DNA of 64,000 bases from Guillardia theta CCMP2712 (taxonomy: Eukaryota > Protista > Cryptophyta): assembly GCF_000315625.1 (NCBI RefSeq), contig NW_005434581.1, positions 90,016 to 154,015 on the forward strand. Direction: 5' to 3'. Position numbers and translations under genes: made by a program. Of the stretch, positions 1 through 10,099 are shown piece after piece. The notes under the pieces were generated by a model. The model searched no databases, was not told the DNA's origin, and was given only the letters and a program-made list of their open reading frames with translations. Position 1 is the stretch's first letter. Each line of letters opens with the position of its first letter.

Positions 1-1666
1 AGGGAGGGAGGGAGGGGAGGAGAGGCGGGGGAAGGGGTGGGGTGGGGAGGTTACTCACGGGTGAGGGCGAGGACGTGGTCATTGCCGGAGGCGATCTCGA
101 TGCATTTCTCTCCGAGGCCTGCGGAAAGTGAGGCAGGCCCGCACGTGTTGTCATGCTCACCGAGTGCAACTTGCTGGGGAGTTGTCTGCGTCTGAACTGT
201 CGGGCTGAAGCCAAACTTGCCCGACGAGTCGCTGGCGACGGAAGTGAGAGACAGCGGGGAGGAGGGGAGGAGAGAAGAGGAAGAAAGAAGAGTCACCGGA
301 AGATTCCCCAAGCGAAGATCGTCCCGTTGGAGGAGAGGGCGACACTAGAAGGACTTGAGACCTGAGCTCAACGAGAGGAGACAGTCGACCTGTGCGAGTC
401 TCCCGCACTCACTGCCGTCATCTTCTCCCGGTTGGGAAACTCCACCATCTCTGGGATGGACTCGCTTCCCTGCGGCAACTGAGAGGAGAGGAGAAAAGAG
501 AGGGGAAGGGAAGAGAGGAGGAGATGGGGGAGGAGAGGGAGGAGGGGAGAGAAGAGAGGAGGAGATGGGGGAGGGGAGGGAGGACAAGGATTGTTGAGTG
601 TTGAGGGCTGTCACCTGCGTTTCTCCTTCTGTGAGCGCAAGTTGACCTCCTCTAGCTTCCCTTCCAAGGGCGCCTGAGCTGCGTCAGTCCCCAGCTCCTG
701 TCCTGCTCCTTCACCTTCGTCGTTCACTCCCCAGCTGTACACTGCGCCTCCTTCGCACAGCGCGAGCGTGTGCATCCCACCGCAGGCGATCTGAGGCGAG
801 CAGGGGAGAGGACATGAGCTCCGGTAGCCCTCGCCAGCTCCATACCTGCGTCACCCGCACCCCCGCCATCGGCAGAAGCGTCGCGGTCGGAGCTTCGATC
901 ACGTCCTCACCTAGTCCCAGCTGCAGCAGGGCCGGCACGCGGGTCAGGGGGAGGAGCGCGCGACAACTCAGCAGCTACTCACCTGCGCGTTGTCGCCCTG
1001 ACCGAAGACGAAGATGTTCCCTCCTGCCAGCCTGGTCACCTCTGGCCCCTCCCCGCGCTTGCTCACCTTCGAGCACTGAGTCGTTCTGCCCAGCTCCTGC
1101 CAGAACGTCGGAAAAGTCGCTCCTGAGCTTGTCAGCGTATCTCAGGTAGTCACTGCGAGCAGAGCATGAGGAAGAGGAGGAGGCAAGTGATGAGCTCAGA
1201 CCGTAGACCAGCGTCCCACAGCTTGTCACTGCTGCTGCTGTGCTGTCGTGAAGCCCATTTGAAGAATTGGTCGTTGAGGCCTCGAACCTCCTGCGCCAGC
1301 ACATTCAACGTCCTTCACTTCGATCTTTGAACATTGAGTCACGGCTGACTCCCTCCTACCCTGAGACCGCACACCATCCGCAACTTTTCTGCTTCTTTTC
1401 TGCTTTCCAATTGATTTCAAAGCCTTTTCAGCCATGCGTACCCGCCTTTCTTCTTCTCCTTCTCCTTATGTCTTTCTGCTTCTGTTTTGAATCATCATCA
1501 TCCTTTTCCTACCACTCACCCCGCTTCTTCCTTTCTTCTCTTCTCTTCTCTTTCCCTCTCCTCTCTTGTTCTCTTCTTTTTCTCCCTCTCTCTCTTCTCT
1601 CCCCTCCTTTGCTCTTCTTACCGCCATGAACGCATCGCTTCTTTCCTCGCCCGGTCGCTTCGGCAT
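1..1666 (-). CDS. RCC1: Regulator of chromosome condensation RCC1 (Ran GEF) with an N-terminal Nup50/Nup2-like module; multi-exon, 3' end outside the window
   Basis: Spliced translation: MPKRPGEERSDAFMA|EVRGLNDQFFKW...GLR|DYLRYADKL...|GGNIFVFGQGDNAQ|LGLGEDVIE...ACGGMHTLAL..GAVYSWGVNDEG...AVSAGDSHS|VALSSNGTIFAWGIFR|DSSGKFGF...IASGNDHVLALT. These are typical RCC1 repeats, including the RCC1-specific WGxFRD and WGVNDEG motifs. Exon 1 is 1666-1622 with a GTAAGA donor. Confidence 0.88.
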
Positions 1667-1874
1667 GGTTATCGCCTCGTGCGCCTCATCCCCTCCTTGA
1701 CCCTGACGTCGGCGGGCCCGTCCGGCTTCGTTGCCGGGCCCGGGCAGTTACTGAACTTCTCTCGGAGACTCGGCAGCTTGCAACGTCTACACACAACATC
1801 TGAGGCGGACTCGTCACCCTTGTTTGTCGCGGCCCCCGTGTGGCATGTCGGTGAGGCATGGAGGCCGGGAAGCC

Positions 1875-3385
1875 ATGGCGAGATGCGTGAGGTGAGAGAG
1901 GGAGGAAGAGAGAGAGAAGAGGGAGGAGAGGGAGAGAGAAGAGGAGAGAGGGGAAGAAGAGAGGGAGGAGAGGAGGGAGAGGGAGGGAGAGGAGGGAGGG
2001 AGGAGAGGAGGGAGAGGGAGGGAGAGGGAGTGGTCCTATATAGAAGACAGTGCTCACGGAGATTTTTTTAAGTCTCTTGATCGTTGAGTTGTCAGGTTTG
2101 GGATCTTATGCTTGACCTGGTTGATCTTCTTGCTGCCGATCAACCAAGCTCTCCCTCACAGCTTCGAAGCTGCCGGATCGACCAAGAAGAAGATCCCCGT
2201 CCATTTGCGATCGCAGATGAAGCATGCGGTAGTGACTAAGCGAGCTCACAGCTTTGGGCTGGTAGAGTACAGCAGTCTGGCTCTTGTCGGGGCGATCTCG
2301 GGGGGTCTGGCGGGTGCCGTCACGGACATGGTCATGTACCCGATTGAGATGATCAAGACGAGGATGCAGACGGTGGGGCTCGACGGCCTCACCCTGGACA
2401 AGCCCAGCGAGAGTCTTCAGGTGCTGTCGCTCCTCCTCGTCAGCGGTTGAGACCCCTCAGGTGCTCTTTGCCGGCTCGTCGCTCGCGTTGCTCTGCAGCC
2501 CAATCTACTATGGGTTGTACTTCGCCGTGTATGAACCTTGCAAGGAGTTTGTGGAGCAACGGTATGTGCCCCTTCTTGTGCTGCCTCCCCCTCCTCGTCT
2601 AGTGCTGACTCTCTGGCTTTAGGGCGGGGAAGGAGAACGAGTCTCTTGCGACGCTGATCGCTTGTCTGGTGACCTCTCCTTCTCTCTTGTCCTTCCCTCA
2701 CGCCCCGGCTCTCAGCTCGGCACCTTCAGCATGTTCTTCGTGCGCGTGCCTTGCGAAGTCGTCAAGACGCGCTGCATGACGGGGTTTGACGAGTCGCCGC
2801 GGGCAGCAGTGAGCCGGCTGTATGGCAAGGAGGGAGTGCGGGGCTTCTTCACGGGCTACTGGGGGCTGGCGCTGGTGGAGTTTCCCTTCAACGTGGTGGA
2901 GATGATGCTGTACGAGCGACTTCGCTCCTTGTGGACACGGCGCGTGTCGCGGGGGAAGGAGCTGCACGTGTGGGAGACCTGCATCGTTGCTGCTGTCGCC
3001 GACGGGATCGCGAGCGCCATCACCAACCCCTTCGACGTGATCAAGGTGACGCAATGCAGGCGAGACGAGCCGGAGCTGACGGTCTCGTGACAGGCGAGGC
3101 TGATGAGCCAGGCGGGAGAGGAGCAGAGGAAGTACGGAGGAGGAGCGGTGGGAGCGCTGCTGCAGCTCATCTCGGAGGAGGGATACCACGGCCTCATGGC
3201 TGGCTGCCTCGCTCGCGTTCTGTGGATGACTGTCGGAGGTGTGACTGGGCCGTGAGGTGAGGGGCAGCTGGAGTGGAGCTGACGGGTGTGCAGGTGTCAT
3301 CTTCTGGCTCGTGCTCGAGGAGAGTCAGAAGGTCATGAGGCGCTTGGGGCCTAGAGATCCTTCTTCCTCCCCCCTCAGCTTCTGA
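1875..3385 (+). CDS. Mitochondrial carrier family (SLC25) protein, SAM-carrier-like, with a predicted N-terminal signal peptide; multi-exon
   Basis: Three carrier signatures PX[DE]XX[KR]: YPIEMIKTRMQ, VPCEVVKTR and NPFDVIK. Also GVRGFFTGY and GYHGLMAG, and a stop TGA at 3383-3385. The start was inferred from ATG1875 plus intron 1892-2095, giving MARCVRFGILCLTWLIFLLPINQA. Confidence 0.85.
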
Positions 3386-3627
3386 TCACAACCAGAATTA
3401 CCCCGGCACCTCACCAGCCGACGAGCTTCTTCACTTGTTGATATTCTTTATTCAAGCTAATATGATTCAGTGTATGCCGCTAGCACGACACTGTCCCCCC
3501 TGCGTTGCTCTTCCTTCCTGGTTTCGTGATGATCCACATCTCGAGCTCGACGCAAGGGCAGTCAGAGAGCAGCCCCTGCATGTCGTCCGCCACTTCCTCC
3601 ACTTCCCCTGTCTCACGAGTCAGGCGG

Positions 3628-5382
3628 TCAACCAACAGCTTCTCCTTCACCTGCGACGGGCTGGTGCTGCTTCATCGGCACGACCACGTTTCCCGCGTGA
3701 CCTGAGGCGTCAAAGTTGATGCTCCGCATCGGGATGTGGCCCTGGAAGCGCACGTGCGGCGAGGCGACGTCAGGGATGACCCACAGCCTGACCGCCTCGT
3801 CTGCCGGGCCGGGAGGGAAGGCGATCTTCTGGTTCCAGTGCATCAGCTGGGCTCCGGGTTGAGCCTTGGTGGCCGCCTGGCACTGGTTGAGCCGCACGAG
3901 GACCTGGACCGGGAGCCCCTCGAGCTCGCGGAAGCCTCGGCCCTGCTTCACCATCACCTTGATCCCCTGCGCCTCCTGCAGCAGATCCCTCACGTTCCCC
4001 GGTCCCTCTTCCTTGTTCGGCCCCGCGAGAGGGAGAGGGGGAGGAGGAGGAGGTCCAAGAGCTGCGTCAGGTGCGCTTGCCGCTGGCTTCTTGGAGCGGA
4101 AGCGAAGGATTTTCAGCTTCAACCAGCCGACCTGAGCACCTCCAGCTGCTCTCAAGGGCCACTGTCTCTCGTCGAAGCCCGCTTGATCCTCGAGCTTGTC
4201 GAACTCGATCCGAGCGAAGCCAACCATCGTCGGGTCCTCCTCCTCGCGGATGAAGAGGACGGCCTCTAGCGTGTTGACGCTGCCGTCGGCCGGCAGGTCC
4301 AGCTGGAACTTTTCATTCCACACGGGCTCTCGGTTGTCGTAGATGACTTTGGTCTCGCAGACTCGATGTCCGCAGAGGATGGTGACGCTGCAGTCGGGGG
4401 AAGTCTCCGACACGTTCAGCCCTCCTGCTCCCAACACGATGATTGCTATCCTGTCGTGGTCAGTCCTGGCCCCTTCCTCCTTGGGTTTCTTGAGCTCCGC
4501 CTGCACCATCTTCGCCTTGAACTGAGTGTTGGTCAGCCCCGACTGCATCCCAGCCTTCATCGGCGGCATCACGGTCCCGTCGTTGTTCTGCTTCGGCGCT
4601 TTGCCGACCATGGGGAGCTTGAGGGCCATGCATATCGCGTTGCAGCGATGGTTGTTGAGGAAGGCGGCGATGCCTCGCATGCCCATGTTGCCCTTCCCGT
4701 ATCCCTTCCCGTCCCTCGAGTGAATCTGCGGGTCAGTCCACAGGTCCCCCACCCCCTGCAGGTCGCAGACGAGGATGGACTTGCCGGACTCTTCCCAGGT
4801 GAAGTGACTGAAGGCTTGAGGCGTGTTCCTCCTGTCGTCGTTCCAGTCCCAGTTGTTGTTGTACTTGACGTAGTTCCCCATCACAAGCTTCTCCACCCCT
4901 ATCAGCGGCCTCCCAGTCCTCTCCACCAGCTCAGCTACATAAGCGACCAGGAAGTCCACATGCAGACCAGTCTTGCTGTTGAACCGCTCAGCCCACATCT
5001 TCGCCTCCATCTGCATCGCCACATCGTCGAAGTAGGTCTGGCGATTCTCTTGCGGGTTGATGGACATCTTGGCGACAAACTCGTTGTCCGTCTCTCCGAG
5101 CGTGAGGTCTCGCATCTTGTATGCTCTCCTCAACGACCCCTGCGCGAAAGCAACCGGATCAATCTTGAGCACCACGGCGCTTCGTTTCCATCTCTTTGCC
5201 ACCGGGTCATAGTCCTTTCTCACGGCTTTTTCTGTTCCCGCCATGAAGTCATCTTGGTTCTTGGCAGCAACGGGCATGCAAGGCATGTTAGCAGGCAGGT
5301 TGTTCGGTTGATGATAGACTGCGGAAGAAGTCAGTGCATGCTTGATGAGAGGATCACTTTGCCGCACCTGCAGCACCTCCAT
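3628..5382 (-). CDS. Alpha-kinase (eEF2K/MHCK-type catalytic domain) followed by two C2-like domains
   Basis: 584-aa ORF. Kinase motifs: FAQGSLRRAY, FVAK, YFDDVAMQMEAKMWAERFN, YVKYNNN, PQAFSHFTWE, VCDLQGVG, TDPQIH, GKGNMGMRG, HRCNAIC (Zn site). C2 hallmarks: ETKVIYDNREPVWNEKF and ATKAQPGAQLMHWNQKIAF. The extreme C-terminus may be spliced. Confidence 0.9.
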   Translation of the reverse strand: MEVLQVRQSDPLIKHALTSSAVYHQPNNLPANMPCMPVAAKNQDDFMAGTEKAVRKDYDPVAKRWKRSAVVLKIDPVAFAQGSLRRAYKMRDLTLGETDNEFVAKMSINPQENRQTYFDDVAMQMEAKMWAERFNSKTGLHVDFLVAYVAELVERTGRPLIGVEKLVMGNYVKYNNNWDWNDDRRNTPQAFSHFTWEESGKSILVCDLQGVGDLWTDPQIHSRDGKGYGKGNMGMRGIAAFLNNHRCNAICMALKLPMVGKAPKQNNDGTVMPPMKAGMQSGLTNTQFKAKMVQAELKKPKEEGARTDHDRIAIIVLGAGGLNVSETSPDCSVTILCGHRVCETKVIYDNREPVWNEKFQLDLPADGSVNTLEAVLFIREEEDPTMVGFARIEFDKLEDQAGFDERQWPLRAAGGAQVGWLKLKILRFRSKKPAASAPDAALGPPPPPPLPLAGPNKEEGPGNVRDLLQEAQGIKVMVKQGRGFRELEGLPVQVLVRLNQCQAATKAQPGAQLMHWNQKIAFPPGPADEAVRLWVIPDVASPHVRFQGHIPMRSINFDASGHAGNVVVPMKQHQPVAGEGEAVG

Positions 5383-6639
5383 AGGCCAACATGGGCGATT
5401 GAAGAGGCTGCTGGTAGTACACGTGGCCTCCGTAGGGAATCATCGGGTTTCAGCTTGTGTTCTCAAGGATTGAATTAGTTCATGGATGCCGTTCACACCT
5501 CTAACTTGTTGCAAGACCTGCCCATCAACATCAGCAAGTATACATAACAGCAAGTATACATGTTAGTAAGTGTACAAGTTAGTCATAATACATGTTAGCT
5601 AGAGGAGGAAAGCATACAGGGAAAGAAGCAAGTGCAAGACCAGGAACAGGATGAGGTGTGACACGAATGCGGTAGGACAGGAGAGGAAGAGAAGTGAGAA
5701 GGAAAGAAAACGAGCAACTGAAGGGTGCAGGAGAGCAGGAATTCTGATGGTGGTGGTGATGATGATGAAGGAGAAGAAGATAATGAAGAGGAAGAGGAAG
5801 AGGGAGGGAAGTTGGGCAAGAGGAGGAGGAGGAGCAGGAGGAGCAGGAGGAGGACGAGGACGAGGAGGAGGAGGAGATATCGCACTCGCTCCACAGGAAG
5901 AGCATGGTCAAAGATGTGGCTGGAAAACTCTTCGGATACCAGGGGGTAGAAACTTATATGATGGGGGTAGGGGGAACAAGCTAGCGTAGCAAGTATCATA
6001 GGAGGGGTGGTAAAGCAGAGATAAAAGGGGGAGAAGAGAGGGGGTGAGGAAAAAGGAGGGGTGTAGAAGAATGGGTGGGGGTGGGGGTGGCTGTAGCAAT
6101 CGAATCTAAAACCGACTTGTTGCTGTAGTTGAGGGTCAGAAGAGAAGCGAAAGGAGAAGGGAGGGAGAGAGGAGAGCGGGAAGATGGGAGAGAAGGAGAA
6201 GAGAAGTAGGGAGAGGAGAGAAGAAGGAGAAGAGAAGTAGGGAGAGGAGAGAAGAAGGAGGAGAAGGAGAAGGACGAGGAAGAAGTGTTCTATCTCGCAA
6301 GAACGCTGCGTATGGTGGTTTTGATTATAATAGCAAACTTCCAGTCTTCTTGTGCTAGTTGTCTGACCTCTGCGACGTCCTGGCTCGCTTTCATCGACTT
6401 GCTCACATCCTTCTACTGTAGTTCTCCCCTCCTCATGCCGCATCCTGCGCCTCCGCACCCTCATGACCACCTTCACTCTACTGCTGCGAGCACATCCATT
6501 GCCGTCGTCTCATCCTCGCACTAGACCCCAGGACGAGAGCACAACGACTCTGATAGCTCTTGTTGATGTGGACATCTTGCGGCAGGTGATGCAGTTGAAG
6601 GAGGAGCGGCGGCTGGTCTCGTCTACCTCCCCCAGGCCT

Positions 6640-9292
6640 TCAGGAGCCTCTCGGAGAATCAAGGTCCTGCAGGACGAGAGGAGTGAGAGAGCGAGCTCGC
6701 CGCGAGCAAGTCCTCACCTCACGCTTCTCCATGATGTCTTTTAACCTCCGGTGCTGATTCGCATCGGCCAGTCAGACCCTTGTAAGGCATCGAACCTCGA
6801 GCACCTGCCGCAAGACCTCGCGTGCGTCCTCGAGGGAGACGCAGGAAGTCTTGAAACGCTCGTGAATGTTCAGGTCTTGCAGCATCTTCAACGCCTCCTG
6901 CAGTCACCGCACACCATCAGCTTCCTCCCCCTCCCCCTCCTCTTGAACCAGGTCCGTCAGCCGTTGGCCGGTGAAGTCAATATCCCACAGCCCAGGAATC
7001 CCCTGACGCTCAGGATCAACCCCGCGTCCTCTTCATCTCTCAGCCCACCTTCTGTAGGACTCTTACCATGTCCCAGCTGAATGTCACCCTGTAAAGCGGG
7101 ACCTGTCAATTCTGACACTGAGGGAGGATTGAACGACCGTCGGTGCCAGTCGTCGATCTTCTCCGCACTGCCTGGTGCATTCTGTTTCATCTTTCCCTGT
7201 GTACAAGAAGACATCAGAGACCATCGACGAGGAGACATTAGAAATTAGAAATATCAGAGAGAAGGGGACATCATGGAAGAGGTGGTCGTGAGCTCTCTCC
7301 AGCACCAGCGGATGTTGTTTGCCGTCCAAGTTCATCAGGAGCGGAAGCCAGGATCTCTTCGTGGAGAGGCCAAGTCTTAGAGATCAGCAACGCTGCACGT
7401 GGATATCGTACCTTGTCGAAGACCTCTGTAGCCAGCCACACCAGGTCGTTGAGAGATCGCCAGCTGTTGGACGGCAAGTCAGCGGGAGTGCCTGACGGGA
7501 GGGGCTCGAAACCTCTGCAGCTCCAGCGAGCCGATCTTCTTGTCCATGTCTGCTGAAAGAATGAGCCAGCAGCGCAGGAGGAGATCAACCACCCGAGTCC
7601 TCCATGACTTCGGGATCGCGAAGGATCTGAACGATAGCGATGGGGTATGGATTCCACTGACGTAGTTCGCTCAGCGAGCCACGGGATGGACAAAATCGTC
7701 ACCTGCACGATCTCCACGATGCGGAAGGGCCTCCTGCCTGTTGTGCAAATCAGCTCCAAGGCATAAGAGGCGACGCCAGCACCTTTGGTCTCGAGGATGT
7801 ACCTCCCATCGTCTGTCACCCACTTGTCCTGTTCTGCGAGTGACGCAACCGCGCAGCAGGAAGGAGAAGCAACGACACCTGTAGCACGGCTTCACAGCCC
7901 ACTCTTGAGATGCTCCCCCTCTTCCTGCGCCCTTGTCAGAGAGCTGAAGCGCTGTGGCGAGTGTGTACAAGGTTTCATTCTTGGTGACGACGCCAAAGAG
8001 TCCATTGCCAGCTGGAATCTGCATGCGGTCATCTAGCCATCAAGGTTGTGCTCTTCCCCTACCTGATCGAACATTCTCTTGCCATTGAGATTGTCAGAGT
8101 GAATCTGAAGCGGCAAATCCATGCCAGGAAGCAGAACCTGCAACAAGTCAGCGAAACAGATGGAGAGAGACTGTGCCTGGTCGCCCTTACCTTGCCAAAG
8201 GAGAACAGTGACAACTCAGCCAGCTGAATCACGTTGAGCGAGTTTGAACCAACACTCACGCGATCGTCCGGAGCTATCCCCGTGTACATGTTCAAGACTT
8301 GATGAACCCCAGAAGAATCCTGCGGACACAACACTACCGTCAACGAGGAACTCCTGTCCTCGCCTCTCTCACATGATCCACGTTCTTCTCAGTCGAGTCA
8401 GCTTGTTTGATAGCCTTTGAGGCGAATCTTTTAGTTCAACACCTCAGAGATCATCTTGGCGCTATTACCGCTACTTTCTCTCGATGCACCATCTCACACA
8501 TTCGCTTCCAGTAAATTCCCCGTGTTGTCCTTGAGAAATACAAATTAGTCTGATTGTCGGGCTTGCAGTTTCCTTTGCTCACCTTGGCTCCGCTCCAATC
8601 CATTCTGTCGTCTGCCCAGTCCTGGAGAGCTTGGTGGCCATCACATCTATCTGCAGCATATCGCCAACAGGCTGAGGTAGTGTCAGCACCTCATTCCCAC
8701 CAGCATCAGCATCGGCATCGATTTATGCATCAGCTCAGATATCTCTAATGCTACACGCATCATCAGGATCTTCCCCAGCTACTCACCGATGGGTTGGACG
8801 TGTCGATGAATTCAACCCCCTGCCACAGCCAGTGGTCAATACATTGTTTGGATGCCAGAAAGAAAGGATAGAGCCAGCCCCTGGAGCAGGAGAGAAAACG
8901 AGGGAGGAAGAGGCTGAGGGAGAGAGGGAAGGGAGGGCAGGCATGACATCGGCATGAAGATTGGTTGTGATGAAGCATCAAGACCTGATCCAAGAATGTG
9001 TCGAAGCTGCATCTGCAAGCACCGACAGGCTCTCGCCCTCGGGCTCGAAGGATGTAACGCGGTGAGATGGGCGATGCAAGGCTGCCGCTCTTGGACTTGT
9101 ACAAGACGAACGGCGTCCTAGAGATCAAGTCAAATGGACGTAAAAGGAGCACGAAGGGTAGTGGGAGGAGGGTAAGAAGCAGAGAGAAGATGATATAAAG
9201 GTAGAGGGTGAGTCAGGACACCTCAAACTTTCACAAACAGATATGGCCAAGACGAAGACAAGGAGAATACGATTCGGTGATGATAAAACCAT
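6640..9292 (-). CDS. Multi-exon protein with a Lon N-terminal (LON_substr_bdg)-like domain, no protease or ATPase; possible signal peptide
   Basis: Exon pieces LSLFSFGK|VLLPGMDLPLQIH, GLFGVV, DDGRYILETKG, GRRPFRIVEIV, FSWDM and ALKMLQDLNIHERF resemble Lon-N motifs. The N-terminus MVLSSPNRILLVFVLAISVCES is hydrophobic. The 5' exon joins are uncertain. Confidence 0.55.
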
Positions 9293-9759
9293 TCTCGACG
9301 CCCCCCCTGCGCAGTTAGACGTCACTTTCACTCCTCATACTTGATAATGGTAATGTTCATACCTCTATATCGACTTTCCTATAAGGAACAAAAGTGACGG
9401 AGGCACTGCTGCATTTCATCACTCAAAAGACCATGGAAACTGCTTTGAAATGCTCTGCCTATATCCCTCTCTTCCCCCATGCATGCTATGAACATTTTTC
9501 TACATCTCGGTGCTGGTACCTTGTGCGGCCAAATTCTCACTCACCCCCTGCTCCTCTCCTCCCTCCCTCCCTCCCCCCTCTTCTTCCTCTCCTTCTTCTC
9601 CCGTCTCCTCTCGCTCTCCTTCTCCCTCTCCTCATCTTCTTTCTCTCCTTCTTCTCCCGTCTCCTCTCGCTCTCCTTCTCCCTCCCTCTCCTCATCTTCG
9701 CTTGCTGTCCCTCCTCGCCTTGCCTCCCACACTCCCCATGGGTCGCAAGATCATCCTGT

Positions 9760-10075
9760 TGCAAGGCATTGACCCACCCCTTTCTTCCTTTTACTACCCC
9801 CACCTCATCATAGACACATCAAATCATATCACCGGTCACTATGATTCAGTACCCCTACCCCCTCACTGCTACTCTGTAGCCCGACAAGCAAAACTTCAAA
9901 ACGGCACCCACGGTCGCCCCACTGATCCGATCCGATGAGATCGCTGGGCCCGGGCCGCTGCCACTCAGTGAGCTCCGAGTCACTGAGGATGCGCGATTGA
10001 GTCGCCGTCGCGCCACCCGGCGGGCCGTGACTACCGTGCTGTCGGACAGAGTGACCCAAGTCAGACTCGTGCAGC
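9760..10075. promoter_or_regulatory. Intergenic module: TACCCC-rich tract plus CCGG/GAGTC-rich island
   Basis: actaccccc and gtacccctacccc, then gggcccgggccg, ccgagtcactgag and gtgact motifs. Lies upstream of the Lon-N-like gene. Confidence 0.45.
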
Positions 10076-10099
10076 TTTCCACCGAACGTCTTTGGTGAT

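Noticed and set aside
1226-1435. Alternative RCC1 start MAEKALKSIGKQKRSRK
   Set aside because: Possible, but ATG1666 has a stronger GTAAGA donor and gives a more coherent N-terminus, so this was treated as intronic.
4366-5478. 370-aa plus-strand ORF
   Set aside because: Antisense shadow of the alpha-kinase caused by GC-rich codon bias; no motifs.
5579-6476. Low-complexity ORFs (poly-L/S/E/R)
   Set aside because: Translations of GA-rich simple repeats in an intergenic region.
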